Below, piece by piece: positions 36,101 to 50,765 of a stretch of DNA of 64,000 nt. Positions within the stretch are counted from its first letter, which is position 1; every line of letters begins with the position of its first letter. The notes under the pieces are model-generated. The model was given only the letters and a program-made list of their open reading frames with translations. It did no database searches and was not told the origin of the DNA. The translations under genes and the position numbers were made by a program. The DNA is taken from assembly GCA_951406725.2 (NCBI GenBank), contig OX597815.1:30008001-30072000 (forward strand), given 5' to 3'. The DNA comes from Octopus vulgaris. Lineage: Eukaryota.

Positions 36101-39100
36101 GCTCACACACTCCCGCTAAATCTCATTCAGTACAACGAGATATGTCTATTTCCCATATTTTATCCACCAACACGCAATTTCCTCTTCTTTAGTTGCCTCT
36201 TCTATCGTACTACTACTTTTTCTGATCCTTTGAACAAGTTATCTGCCTATCATTTTTACTCTTTCATCTCTCCTTCCATCATCCACAATGAGTCTCATTT
36301 CCAAAATACTGTACAAAACACTACACATTCCACCTCTTATTCAACCCACTGAAGATCACTTTCTGCAACCATTTTTTTTTCTGTTGTCCTACAAATAATT
36401 AAGCGGAATATCAACCGAATTAATCTCACAAATCGGTGGTTGTGGAGTATGTGAAAATCGAACAAAACGCATCTTTCTCTAGGTCAGGGTTTTAACAAAG
36501 TAAAGAAAACAGGAACGAAGAATTTGTATTTTTCAAGTAGTATTCTAGAATTGTTATGTCTATGCTTTCCACGAAGAATTTATCTACTAAGAGAAAATGT
36601 TTCAAAAAGGAATGAAACTGTATTGTGAATTCATTTCTTAGGAAGCTTTCTCCATTGTATGTACTTAGAATATTGCATTGAATCTGAAAAATGATTTTGT
36701 ACAAAAGAATCAGTACCGTACCCGATGCTATTTAGAGGTACTTCTCATTTAAAAATGTTGCTTTGACTGGGTCTTAAATTTGACCGTTATCTTTTCACAA
36801 CCAATAAGTAACAGCATATATTACATCGATTGATTGAACTATTTGGCGTATCGCCTATTCGACAAAAAAAAAAAAAAGCGATGCTGCGTTGTATTCAATT
36901 ACAAAAGTGGAAGTTTAGATACATTCTACAATAACTCACTGTAAAAGGAAGATATTTAATCATGGAAAACGAGAGATTTTTACTACATTAAGCGAAAGAT
37001 AGATTACAGAAAATTGTTTGGTGTATTATTATTATTATTGTTGTTGTTGTTGTTGCTATTTTTGTTGTTGCTGTTGCTGTTGTTGTCGTCGTCGTCGTCA
37101 TCATCATCATCATCGTTGTTATTATTATTTACTTAGAAAGATATAATTTCTCGTGTCTAGGAGAACTGACATTATGACATCTTGAGTGAAACGTTTGTTT
37201 CTCTGTTTTTTCTTTTAAGAAAGCAGAAAAAATATTGCTAACAAATATGAAAGAAGTTAAAGTCAAAATAAAGCTAAAGAAAAGAAACTAAACCAGATCT
37301 TTGTGATAAGAAACGTTTCACTGACATTTTGTTTCTTTTAGTTAGCAACAAAAATTTAGTTTCGGTTTTTGTAACCTTTAATAATTCACTGAAGCTTTTT
37401 TTTTTAACTTTCTTATATTGTTTTGACCAAGGATATATGGTTGTTGTTGATTATGACATGTTTTGTCATTCTATATATAGGAGACAAAGCGATTTACAAG
37501 CCACGATTATCTTTTAGCCTGGTTACTGTGGCTAAAGATTTGATTTAAAGTGAGATAAGTGGGGAAACAAAGGTTACTGATTAAGAAAGAGCTAAGATGT
37601 CTAACGTTTTGAAGAGGGGAAATGGGAAGTAAAATGATGCCGTTGCCTTTTTAGGAACCATGAAGGGAGTAAGTAAGGTGAAAAAATTTCTACTTGGACT
37701 GGAAGTTGCAACACAAATTTGCCAAGGTGTCCACCGATATTAAATAAAAATACTCCTGTACATTTCAGATATTCAAGGATTAGGGCCACCGGTATCCTAG
37801 TTGCTGTTGTTCTAGTCGTCATAGTAGTAGTAGTAGTTCTTGTTATAGCATTAATAATAACAATTATAGTATAAGCAACAAACAGTTTCCTTATCTCATA
37901 AAGAACGTCTATCAGGAAAATTGCCAATTTTGAAGTAGAGATTTGTTTTCATTAAATTCACATGGCGTTTTAATTATATCTAACAATGTAAAACTTCATC
38001 AGAATTAGCATTGTTTATCGAGCGTCTCCAAACAGGTTAACTTCAAAGGACATCAAACGTAGGTAGCCAATACGACTTCACACTACATTGTAATTAGATG
38101 TGATGTGCTACGTGCGAACTATCTATCGTCTATTGCAGTCATTCATTTATAATCCAATTTGAAATTGTACGAACTGATGACTCTGTTACTAGCAGCAGAA
38201 CTTACAGAGTAAGGTGAACTTGACTAGTGCATGAGCATCTTGAAGTATTAGAAAGCTTCTGGAGGTGGTTGACAGCTGGGCATAGAAGGAAAGTGGACAC
38301 TACAATATATGATTTACTACACCAAGAAATTTTAGTTAAAATCTCTCCTTGATGAGAATAATCAGTCATTAAGCGACTAATTTTGATTTTTAAAAAAGGG
38401 CCCTTGAATGAAAAGTGAATCTGATATTTAACAGTTCGATGAAAATTCTAGATTAGTTTTGGCATTTTTGAGTTTGTTTGAAGCTTGATATTTGAGTTAT
38501 ATAAGTTTAATTACTGTTTTGTATATATTCTTGTTGAATGGAATAGAGCTTTTATTTAGTAAAATGGTTGAATCAATATCATCGAACCCAACTCCCGAAA
38601 TTAAATGTGCAACTACCAGAAAATGTGTAGTGGTATAAATAACAGGTTAGAATGGTACAAAATTATTAGTTAGTATCGTTCTCGTGTGTTGTTTGTTTCC
38701 AGACACTCGTTGATAGTTGACTTTTAGTTTCAGGCCAGTATTTACTGGAATTCATACAGACAGACATATACTGTGATCTTAGCATGTCTAAATGGTATTT
38801 AAATTTCGGCAGTATTGTTTCGCTTTGAATTTCAACTTGCAACAGTTCTCTTTTCTGTCAGGCAACTAAACTGTAAAAGAAAGGAGTTGAGAAATTCTAT
38901 TGGAATTTCAAATCTTTATTCTGGTGAGTAAATAGCATCTAGTTTGGTGTATTATTTATCATAAAAGTCACAAAAGAATTCAAGTTAGAGTGTTTAAGTA
39001 ACAGCAGTTGAAATGTGCGACAAAAGATATTGGAACCAGCTATCGTAGTTCATTCTTCGGTTATCTGTTCGTTCTAAGCCAATTTATTTTTATTCATCGA

Positions 39101-39719
39101 AACACTTTTCTTAAAAGTTTTCAGATTGAGTTGAATCACACAACATCTGCAACAATATAATTTTCTAAACAAGTCTACAACCCTAGATAAGACAGTGGCG
39201 TGTTGCACTGTAGACATGTTATTCACTTTTGTCCGTCAAGTTTCTGAGTCTAGGTCATACTGTGCTGTCATTCCGTCATCAATAGCAAAAAAAAAAAAAA
39301 GAAAATGAAAAGAAATAAAGATACTAGTAATATACGGCTCGTAATATATTAGGCAGACCCTCTCTTTATGGCTTTACTTTAAAGATATTTGTGAAAACGA
39401 AAACATAACTACTTACAATGTATGTTACATCTTTGAAGTAGCAGTACATCCAATTTCAAATCTAGCTATTGTGTAGATGTCACTATGACAATAAATACTT
39501 TCCTGCTACCAACTAAAGTAAATAGCAAACCTACTTATATATTTAAAGGATATGTAAATGTGACGTTTTGATGTTTACGTTGTTAGTCTTTGAAATAAAC
39601 TTAAATTTAATTCTCACATCAATTTGGTTTCAGTTGCATCTATACTATAATAGAGAAAGCTGCTTATTAATAAGGGATGTAGCAATTACTAAAAGTACAA
39701 AAAGAAAGCAATTATTAAA

Positions 39720-40264
39720 GGGTTGACCGTCTGGAAATGTTTTTCATAAATTCATGTTCTAAGAAATTTCCTATAATTTCGATTTCTCAGGGGGTATAAA
39801 AAAAAAGAGTTTTCACAATTTTTTTCTTTTTCTGGATGTTATGAGGCAACAAAGTCGGGTGCGTATACATCTGTAGTAATGCCCTTTTATTTATACGATT
39901 TTTTCATTCCATATTTATTTCATTCATTGTTTGCAATGTTCTCTCTTTCACACGCACACACACACATACACAATGCAAAACTCACAAATGAGTTGCTGAA
40001 TTGAAATCTCTATGTTGCTTTGAGGGAAGGTAAAACTTGACAAACTGCTTCTCCCTCTGTTGTTGGACTACCGTGATGTTTGTTTAAAAAAGAGAGATTA
40101 TCATTGATAAAATAACGAAAGGAATATTTATTAAGAAAGTGAGCACTACTATACAAAGAAATGATTAGGCGTAAAATTCAAAAAATATTAGAATTGGGAA
40201 TCAAATGTGAAAATATTATCAAGGGGTTAGTAGAAAACCGCCCGGGAGGCGGTCTTTCTGCTAG
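39720..40264 (+). mobile_element. Possible Helitron (only the 3' end is supported)
   Basis: Hairpin AGAAAACCGCC-cggga-GGCGGTCTTTCT followed by CTAG|T at 40261-40265. The 5' boundary was not identified. Confidence 0.4.
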
Positions 40265-40369
40265 TTCATATGATGCATTAACATTTGTAAATTTCGAATA
40301 CTGATAACAGGCAGTCAGACGCCACAAGATGAGAATTGAGGATATCATTTTAGAATGTTAGAGATAAAG

Positions 40370-40501
40370 CGAGAGAAAGCTCAGTGAAATTGGTGTGGGG
40401 AGTGGAGAACCCAGTGTTTCGGAATTTTTTATCCGACTGCATCCTCACTCAGTTTTCTTTATCGTTTCCTTTCCCTTTAAACCTCCCTCCCTTATCCAGT
40501 T

Positions 40502-40549
<48 letters not shown>

Positions 40550-40760
40550 TACTTTTCATCTACTTATGCAAGTTCACGCTTTCTTGCATTTCCCGTTAGT
40601 TGCATTCAGTTTCCAAACATAGATAGTATGAAACTGTACTATCTTTTATTTATTTCCCTCCTGTCATTTTTACCCTGAAGAAGGACACTGTCCGAAACGC
40701 CGGATACTCCACTTATCACGGCAATTCCATTATACTCTTTCTATTGTTTTTTTCTTCCAA
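40370..40760 (+). mobile_element. Old PLE-type terminus with a diverged inverted partner
   Basis: CTGAAGA-A-GGAC act GTCC-GAAACG at 40675-40699. 40382-40423 is a reverse-complement match (30/42 by eye) to 40691-40732. Confidence 0.5.
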
Positions 40761-40810
40761 ATAATACAATTCTTAATGACGTGTACAGCTACCAACCACA
40801 TGGCCTAGAG

Positions 40811-41117
40811 TGGAGGCACATGGCCTAGTGGTTAGAGCAGCGGACTCGCGGTCGAGGGATCGCTGGTTCGAATCTCAGACCGGGTGATGTGTGTGTGTTT
40901 ATGAGCGAAACACCTAAGCTCCACGCGGCCCCTGCAGAAGCTAATGGCGAACTTCTGCTGACTCATATGCCACAACTTTCTCTCACTCTTTCCTCCTGCA
41001 TCTTGCAGCTCACCTGCGACGGACCGGCGTCCCGTTCAGGTGGGGAACCTATACGCCAAGGAAACCAGGAAACCGGCCCTTATGAGCCAGGCGTGGCTCG
41101 AGAAGGAACAAACAAAC
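40811..41117 (+). mobile_element. tRNA-derived SINE family C, tail type C1 (V-domain-like segment)
   Basis: Box A TGGCCTAGTGGTTAGAG and box B GGTTCGAATC. CCTGCGACGGACCGGCGTCCCGTTCAGG resembles the V-SINE core; (AAAC)n end. Confidence 0.85.
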
Positions 41118-41916
41118 CAAGCAGTCTCCTTGGATTCTGTTCTGTTTACTATTATAGAAATAGTTTACTAAGCATATGGCACAGAAAGCTTAATTCCAGG
41201 AGCACGGCCTTAACTCACGTAACACGTATAGGTATTAGAAATGGTGATGTTACTGCAGTAGCCTATTATTATTACTCGATAAAATCTGTTTCCTTTGTAC
41301 TCTCAGAACCCTGGTCCTATCAACTACTTTATGATGATATTGATGATGGTGATGATGACGATAATAAGGACATTATATAAATATATAGTTCGTGTAGATA
41401 ACTGGAAAATATATGGATGAAAATGAAAATTGGCAATAAAAATACAAAACTTTAGGCTTATTGTCTGCTAAATCTAAATGTAAGAACATATTTCAAAGGT
41501 ATAAATGTGATCTTTGCTTTTGGTTTGAAAATTTTGTGTCTATTTGTTCTTCAATTATTCTGTCGAGTGGTGATAATCTTACTAGATTATTTTCTCCTTA
41601 TGGATTCTAAAATCATTAGAGCATAGATTAAACGTTAAACGGAAAAAGTCAAAATGAATAACTCGATCTATTACTTTCGCAAGACTAGTGTCTTGTTTAA
41701 AGGAATCTTGTCTCTAGTAAAAAATATACAATCAAATAAAGAAGAAATAAATATAAAATATAATTCTTCAATATCATCATAAAAACGTTTTAGCATAGGT
41801 AAAACTACAGCTTTTCTCACCCGTTGATTAGAAATGAAGAAGAGTTAGAAAAGTAAATTTCAAATATCTGAATGTGGGAATGATATTATATGTGACACAT
41901 TGCGTTTACACGATAC

Positions 41917-42752
<836 letters not shown>

Positions 42753-44094
42753 GGATATGATTGTGTTTGACATATTTTCACGAATATGCTTTTGAATGTA
42801 ATTCTCTTTGACACGAATACTTTTTGTAACAAGCTTTCAGAGTACTTGGCATTCTATATAATCTTTATAATCAACTGAAGTGGCAATGGTAGCTACTTAA
42901 CATATATCTTAATAGCTGAACTGCTATTCTAGTAAATTGCAGTGCCTAATCTATTTCGAGTTTAAAAAACGCTGCGACCAAAACGAAGACGACGACGACG
43001 ACCGCGGTGATGATGAAGAAGATACCAGTGATGATGATAATGATGATTCCAAGCTGCAATTTGATAATAATAATAATAATAATAATGGTGGTGGTGGTCG
43101 CTGAAGTGGCAAGCACATTATTACTGAAGATGTTTACTGAAATATTTTCTGGGTTTAGTTGGAAGGAAACTTAAACTTGAGACTCATTTTGCTTTCAATA
43201 GATAAAGAATATAAACGAAAAGATTCTAATCAAGAATTGAAATAAAATCACTAATTGAATGCGCCGAGAAATTGTTACAGGGCGTTACTATGTCGTAATA
43301 CTGACGATTTACTGTATTGGTGCAAAGCCAAACCTATAATTTATTGAGTGGAACGCAGTTGACATCTGGAGGGACGAAAGCAAATTTGGCCCTGCTAGGA
43401 TTTGAATTATGAACGTTTAAGTATGAACTTGAATACTGTAAATCCTTCAGTTCAATTCGTTTAGCATCCAATAGCAGCAATTCCTTTAGCATCCTTCTGC
43501 GAATCCACTACACTCATTATTATTCTAGATGACTTATTTTTACTGCATCTTTTTGTTGCACAACTGATCGAATCACTGTTTTACATCAGGTACAATCAAT
43601 GCTTTGTTTTATTCTGTGTATTTGTTTTCCTGTTATATTGAAAGTAATCCATAATATATGTGCAACATACAGTGAATTATATTTTCACTATATTGGGTAT
43701 GTTTTAGTTTTATATTTGCCTGTATCTTTTATAATTCCCAAGAACCTTATTATTAAGGGGACTGTTTCTGTTTTAAATCCCCACACTCAAGTTATCTTTA
43801 TTTTCTAGATTTTATACGTGGATAGTTTGTTCATTTCTTATAGAGACATGCTGGTGATTGTTGGATTAATACAACTATTATTCTTTTGCTCGTGGAGATT
43901 TTTGATGCTAATATATGGTCGGTGTTCATTAACCAACTTGTTTTTTATGAACTGGTATGTCCCAGAGTATAATCTGCAATCTTTTCTGGTGAACATTTAT
44001 ATAATATCTTTCCAACCTGTATCGCACAATGCTCGCATAGTTTCCAGCATATGAAAGTTTCAACCCTGTCATCTGTCATACTCACTCTCACAAA

Positions 44095-44163
<69 letters not shown>

Positions 44164-45227
44164 GGGAGAATTCACAGAAAAACAAAAGACGAAGACAGGT
44201 GGTGTAGACAACAAACAGATGTATTAGTTTAACGATCGGGATGGGAAAAAGTCTTTAACATTTCGAGCCTATGCTCGAAAGGAACACAGAAAGAAACAGG
44301 GAGAGAAAATAAAGAATGTGTAGTGGCTGGTGGTGATCTATCATGGCGAATGCCGGACAGAGGGGTTACACAGGGGAGCTATGAAGAAGGGGAGATAATA
44401 AAGTAGTGGTGATTCCAAAAAGAAGGTGCGCGTGCGTGTGTATAAGAGGGCATGTATGTGCGTGTGGAAGAGAGCAGTTGACCTTGACGTCTGCATGTGT
44501 GCATATGTAGATGTGTGGGGCTGGGAAGTGGTCAGTGCTAGTGTGTGCGTGGTGGTGTGATGTGGTGTTGTGTGGTAATGTGATGTGGTAATGTGTGGTG
44601 TGGTGGTGTGTGGCGTGGTGGTGTGTGGTGTGTGGTGTGGTGGTGTGTGGTGTGGTGGTTTTGAGATGTGGGGAAGGCAAGAGTGGAGAAAGTAAGGGTG
44701 GGGGTACAGGTGGGGAATGTGGGAGTGGGTGTAAAGAATGTGGGGGTGAGATGGGATGGACAGGGAAGTTGGAGTTGGATTGTGTAGGGGTGGGGTTACG
44801 AGGGGGGTGAAGATGAAGAGAGAGGGGGAAGGGAGAGGGTGGGTAGGAGTGAGGAGAAGAGAGAAAGAGAGTAGGGGTGAAGATAAGAAGTAGGAGTCAG
44901 TGCAAGAGAGTAGAGGTAGGTGGGAGGAAGTAGGTGAGAGGAAGAGAGAAAAGGGTAAGAGTGTTAGATGAAGAGGGGAGGAGACTTGAGCCCATATGGG
45001 GCAAAGGAGCGAAGAGAGAAGATTAATTGTTGTTCACGGCGAAAGCGGGAGTCTGGATGGATACTGTGCACGGACAATCCGAACACAAATAGGTGTTGCA
45101 AAGAGTGACCGGTAGAGCGGACATGGCGCGAGACCGGGTTGTCATTGCCGAGTCGGATGTCTCGGAGGTGTTCCGCGATCTGGTCAGCCAAGCAGCGTCC
45201 CGTTTGTCCGATGTATAGAGAAGAGCA
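44164..45227 (-). mobile_element. Penelope-like element, 5'-truncated (GIY-YIG fragment, 3' UTR and terminus), flanked by (TA)n
   Basis: Same terminus as 25494, plus a GIY-YIG endonuclease remnant. Confidence 0.9.
44964..45227 (-). pseudogene. PLE GIY-YIG endonuclease C-terminal fragment
   Basis: CSSLYIGQTGRCLADQIAEHLRDI..PVSRH..GHS..RFRREQQLIFSLRSFAPYGL shows the YIGxT, EH and RE..I..L...P.GL motifs. Confidence 0.9.
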
Positions 45228-46244
45228 TATATATATATATATATATATATAGAATAGTGGCACAACAATGCATCAATATTTACTGCTGATAGTGGTCGGT
45301 AATATGTATATATGTATGTATTTATGTTTGAGACCCTTCAGTATTTTCCGACATTCATTCGGATAAAAAAGCTTGTAGTACTTCCTTCTGAGTAGCTCCT
45401 GAAATCTCTGCATGCGGCGAACTGCCTCCAGTGTTTATTTCACTTCTGTGTGTGCGTGTGTGGGTGTGTGCGTGTGCTTGCGTGTATGTATGTATGTATG
45501 TATGTATGTATGTATGTATGTATGTATGTATGTATGTATATATGCATGCATACATTCGTATATAAAAATTGACAGACAAGACTATGTCATTGCTGGGTTT
45601 CTTCACTAACTCCGCATATTCTATAGTTACTTTTCGAATTCTGATTTTTCATCTGCTTTAGGTTGTACATGGTTCAATGGACTTGGTCTTGTGCCACGAA
45701 AATAAACAAAAAAAAAACAAGCAAGCAAACAGTTCTACTGACTCAGCTTCTCAGTCAGAGTCGATTTTTTAAAAAAATAACATTTCTTCTTAGTTCAGTC
45801 TTATTAGATATTAGTCATCTTGGAACTATACTTGCCAACATCCTCGTATGAAATTTTCTAATTCCATTTTCCGGTTATTATTTTTTTAATGGTGTCTGTT
45901 GTTTCTCTATTCTCTTTGCAGCTGCCTGTTACTTCAGCTTCTGTTTTATATTTATTGGCATCATTGAAAACTGCAAACAGATTTTTACGTTTTGTTAACA
46001 TTTTATAGATTTTTGTATTACATTTACTTATTTCTTACTAGATAATTTAAAATCCTTCACTAACCAATTATAATAATTTTCTTGTTGCAGAAGGCCTCAC
46101 TGCATCTCTTGATTGACGGTACCTATAATTGTTGTATGTCAGCTTGAGGATAGCATATTTCAAATGCAATTAATATTTTCTTTGCTTACCACAACAGTGG
46201 ATTAACAGAAATGATAGAACATTGGAAAAATATTTTGTACTATT

Positions 46245-46600
46245 CAGTTTTATGTCATTCATGTTTTGAGCTCAAATACCTCGAAAATTTATTTTGCTCT
46301 TTTCCTTCCGGGAGTTATAAAAAAAAGTCCCACAGTAATCTTGGTATGATTTAATTGATTGTTTTTTCCCCGACAAAAAAGTGGTCTGGAGCCAATGTTA
46401 AAAACAGGGAATTGGATTTGAAGGATCATTCGATAAATAAATTGTAGTATTTATCCCAGTTCTTTACGTTCTGTGTACAAATACCTTTGTGACCAACTTT
46501 GCCTTTCATTCTTCCGAGGCCTATAAAATAAAGTATCATTAAAGTAAGTTAATCGAAAAAGCCTCTCACCCAACATTTCAACAGTACCTATGTTAGAAAC
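46245..46600 (+). mobile_element. Two decayed SINE A remnants
   Basis: GAGCTCAAATACC..CCTTCCGGGAG and AACTTTGCCTTTCATTCTTCCGAGG..ATAAAATAAAGTA. Confidence 0.55.
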
Positions 46601-46611
46601 ACCACCTGAAC

Positions 46612-47035
46612 TTATGCTGACTTGGGGAGTGTTGTCGAACAGTTGCTGTCACTTGTAGGTCAGACCGGCTATCGATAGAGTCCGTTGTCTAGATCGTATC
46701 CACCTTTAATAGTGCTGGGCAGGCAGTTTTTTCTGTGTCTGGAAACTAGTGGACGAGGCTGAAGGAATTGCGGACCGACACATTCCTTTTCAGTCAAGCC
46801 CCGATTGGAAAAAAAAGGGATAGTCGTGATGGTGGGGGCGAATGGGTGGAGAGGGAAGTGCTTTCCTCTTATGAATTTTTCTCAAGAAGGTCGAATGACG
46901 ACAAGGATTTAAATGACTAGAAGTATTCAAAGCATGTGTCCATAATTCGGAGAACAACATTTGGGAGGCGGCATGTATTCTTGATGGTCAGAGTGATCTA
47001 GAAACATCGGGGTTCCTTGATAAGCTCTAGTTGAA
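46612..47035 (+). mobile_element. Old decayed copy of the Tx1-like LINE 3' region
   Basis: TGTCGAACAGTTGCTGTCAC and GTGGACGAGGCTGAAGGAATTG..ACACATTCC align to 62399-62418 and 62540-62580. Confidence 0.7.
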
Positions 47036-47269
47036 AGATGTTCTGTATTCAGAGAATTATATCATCTACGTATTCATGTATTTTGTATATGTATACTTTT
47101 TTTTATCACAGTTCGCCTTTCTTTCTTTCCCCACTTGATTTCATACAAAACCCCGATCATTGGAACCTGCCATATTAATGTCCCTATCATCCAACACTTC
47201 TGTGGCAAATATCGAAAATTCTTCATAATCACAATCCTCCTCCTTATCAACAACATAGTCGTCATCAGC

Positions 47270-47341
47270 GTCATCGTCTTCGTCGTCGTCGTCGTCATCA
47301 TCATCACCACCACCACCACCACCACCACCACCACCACCACC

Positions 47342-47435
<94 letters not shown>

Positions 47436-47478
47436 CCAACAGCAGCAGCAGCAGCAGTAGCATCAAAAGCAGCAGCAT
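47270..47478. repeat. Compound in-phase trinucleotide array (GTC/ATC/ACC/ATC/AGC)
   Basis: Direct inspection. Confidence 0.95.
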
Positions 47479-48257
47479 TATCTTCCTCTACGCTATCCTC
47501 ATTATCGCGATCATTTTAACACACCTTCTTAAATATCAAGACGCTGATAAAATGCATATCAATGAACAAGTTTCTGGAGTCAAAAGAAAGCGTCTCTGGT
47601 GATAATAGAAAGAATCTAAAATATCAAAGAAGTGAATAAGCAACTAAACAATTACTGAACAGCTCCACCGAAATACCATTGTACAATGATACACCACTAT
47701 CATTGTTTTCTTCAGTAGCTATATTAAGAATATGCATACTTCTCGATAGATATGGAATTGTACTCATTGACACATGCAAAACAGGCTTGCTTCAATAGAT
47801 TCGTCTCACTGCTTGCTACTTAACCTGCCGTCATCTTTATAATCCATTTACATTATTCGTGTCATTGTACTACTTAAGTGATTACGAACGTGTTAAGTAT
47901 TATTTAAGCACAGCACCGCACCGTCTCTACAAAGATAAAGCAGCTTTTGCTTCTTCCTATTTAACAAGAATATATGAGAAGTTTATGAATGACTAAATGA
48001 CTAAAATAAATGTCAAAAAATACCTAAGTATAAAAGCGAAACGTGAAAAAGGTATAGTATGTAAAACTACTATTATTTCACGCATATCAACTTCATCCGT
48101 ATTTCCTTCAGCTAAATTTGTGTTTGGTAAAGTTTCAATCCACATTTATAAAAATCTCCTTAAAACACGAATAGATTTGAAATTTTACAACCCTTAATAT
48201 TTGTAACTTTCGTAATAAACCATTTCTGTAATAAGATCGACAGGTTATCTACATACA

Positions 48258-48691
48258 CAGGCTGTGTGGTATAGAAGAAGCTTGTTTTGTGACCGCATGG
48301 TTTCGGGATCAGTCCCACTGTGTGGCATCTTAAATAAGTGTCTCCTACTATAATACTGAGTCAACGGTGCCCTGCGAGTGTTATTTTATAGTCTTTTACT
48401 ATAGCCTCGGGCCTACCAAAGCCTTGTGAGTGGATTTGGTAGACGAAAACTGAAAGACGTCCATCGTATATATGTATATATATGTATATATATGTGTGTT
48501 TGTGTGTCTGTGTTTGTCCCACCAACATCGCTTGACAACCGATCCTGGTGTGTTTATATCTCCGTAACTTATCGCTTTGGCAAAAGAGACCGATACAATA
48601 AGTACTAAGCTTACAGAGAATAAGTCCTGGGGTCGATTTGCTCGACTAAAGGCGGTGCTCCAGCATGACCTCAGTCAAATGCCTGAAACAA
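48258..48691 (+). mobile_element. SINE family B with an internal partial duplication
   Basis: Aligns to the 28935 copy; the CTACTATA..GCC(C/T)TG(C/T)GAGTG segment occurs twice (~48345 and ~48398). Confidence 0.88.
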
Positions 48692-49690
48692 CTGTGATGT
48701 TGTTGGTAAAACATGTACTTTGTCTATCTCCTTATCCTCTTGGAGATTTTAGATAAAATTATACTAATGTGTCCTTCAAATTTAATTAAATTCTATGTTT
48801 TTTGTGCAGCTGAAGATTGCTCTACATTTTAAATTCATGTAATCTTTAGGGCTAGAAAAATCCTATGCATCTACTGGTTAGTTAACTATACAAAGACTAT
48901 TGAACATTACAGTTAATACTCTACTACAAGGTAACTATGTAAACCGTGGTTTATATATATTAATTTATTATAATAAGATGAGAAAACACAGAGGTAATTA
49001 ATTAATTATTATTTCAAGTTTCGGTTTCATTACAAGATTTCTTGCCAACATAGAATGACCCAATTTCTAACCTACATTGGAATTTCAACATCAAGAACAG
49101 GATATTTTTGTTTTTTATATGTATAAGCCAGCAGAAACTCTCCTTGTTTTTAGTCCCAGAACTTTTGAATTCTACAATTCTGCTATTCTACTCTTTTACT
49201 ACCATCGGAGGACAAATTTATACAAATCTATATACAACCTGGAGAAAGAAATATAAACCAAAACTAAACCCAAGACTAGTTTTAAAACTAGTCCCGTGAG
49301 TACAATTCTTTTTTCTTGATCTGTATTAAACACACCGCTCATCCTAATTTGTACTAAATACACTGAACTCTCCCACACACACTCAGATATAGCCACGCAT
49401 TTCCGAATATATCGACACAAACTTTTCAACGGTGTATTCACTATTATACATCAAGCCATCAATAATTGACGTACAGTGTATAATACTGTCCCACTGAATA
49501 TGGCCAATAATATTCAAAAACGCCACTGGGTTGAAAATGAAATCACTGCACTGATAAACGCTTGGTACACTCACCACCACGAAGCTAATGTTTACAGTAA
49601 AATAGCTGAAAAATTAGCAAAACAATCCTTTCACAGATCGAAAATAAAATAAAAGAGATCGTAAGAACATTTCCTATTTTCCACACGCAC

Positions 49691-50740
49691 ATGGCAACAC
49701 TAGAAACCATCCTTGTCAATGAATGTAGTGCACCAAATGACCCAACTCCAACAGGTCAGGGGTCACTTCAACGACCCGATAGCAAGCAACAAACATCTGA
49801 CCTAATTCCACCCAACACTACCTTGGCAAGCCAGGACTCTCTATCACAACAACAACAGCCTGCTTCTGCTACTACATTGGAAGCACCTTTTTTAGCACTA
49901 GTATCTGATCAGATTCCACGCAGCCCTACTGTTGCAAGTCAAGTTTCACTGCTGCTACAGCAACAACAACAACAACAACAACAACACTCTGCTACTGCTA
50001 CTACAATAGGACCACTGACCAACGAGCCTGCCAGAATGGAAAAACCACTACTACACCCACATCAAACACCCTGCCGTTACTATTCTCAAGGCAACTGTCG
50101 ATTTGGCCCCAGCGGCACCAACAACAAGGGACGCTGTGCTTTTTTCCATCCTACCTTATGTCGTAGACTTGTTAAGGGCACCTGTCCATATGGTATAACG
50201 GGAAAAATCTGCCCTCACCTCCACCCCAAATACTGTCCTAAATACAGAGTCCATGGTCCTGATCCCAAATATGGATGCACAAAAGGAAATGGATGCACCT
50301 TCTTCCATCCTAAACTGTGCCAAGCTTCTGTGTCACTAAGGATGTGCCTGAACCCAGAATGCAACCACCACCATCTGAAAGGCACAAAACAATCGCAAAA
50401 TAAATATAAACAGTAACAGAGGATATCTACGACAACATCAAAAACAAAATACAACCACTTTTCCACTCCTACAATTAAACAACGACGACAGAACCATGAA
50501 AAAACCATAACACCAAATAACATAAACATGAAATATGTATCCTCTGACCAAGTGGCAAACCAAAGAGGTAACTCTTTTTTACTGACTTACCTAGAAAATA
50601 CGAAGGCCGACCTAAGCCAGGAGATCCAACGAGCTATCAGCAACCACCTATGCAAATCACAAGGACCACACACCCACTACCAACAAGAAAATCATACACA
50701 CACAGCTCCATACAAGAACTACCCACATTGTTACCACTGA
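49691..50740 (+). pseudogene. LINE ORF1 with polyQ and four tandem CCCH-type zinc fingers; one premature stop
   Basis: Track ORFs 49691-50416 and 50528-50740 are in the same frame, separated only by TAA at 50414 (probably from CAA). Fingers: CRYY..C..C..H, CRRL..C..C..H, CPKY..C..C..H and CQAS..C..C..H. Confidence 0.85.
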
Positions 50741-50765
50741 ACAACATAAAACATAACTTAGAACA

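Noticed and set aside
40812-40885. tRNA gene (also at 2595, 5711 and 28935)
   Set aside because: A and B boxes are present, but there is no closed acceptor stem and each continues into a repeated SINE body.
49691-50416. Host CCCH zinc-finger or polyQ gene
   Set aside because: It is intronless, lies directly upstream of and co-oriented with an APE-RT ORF, and carries a premature stop; better explained as LINE ORF1.
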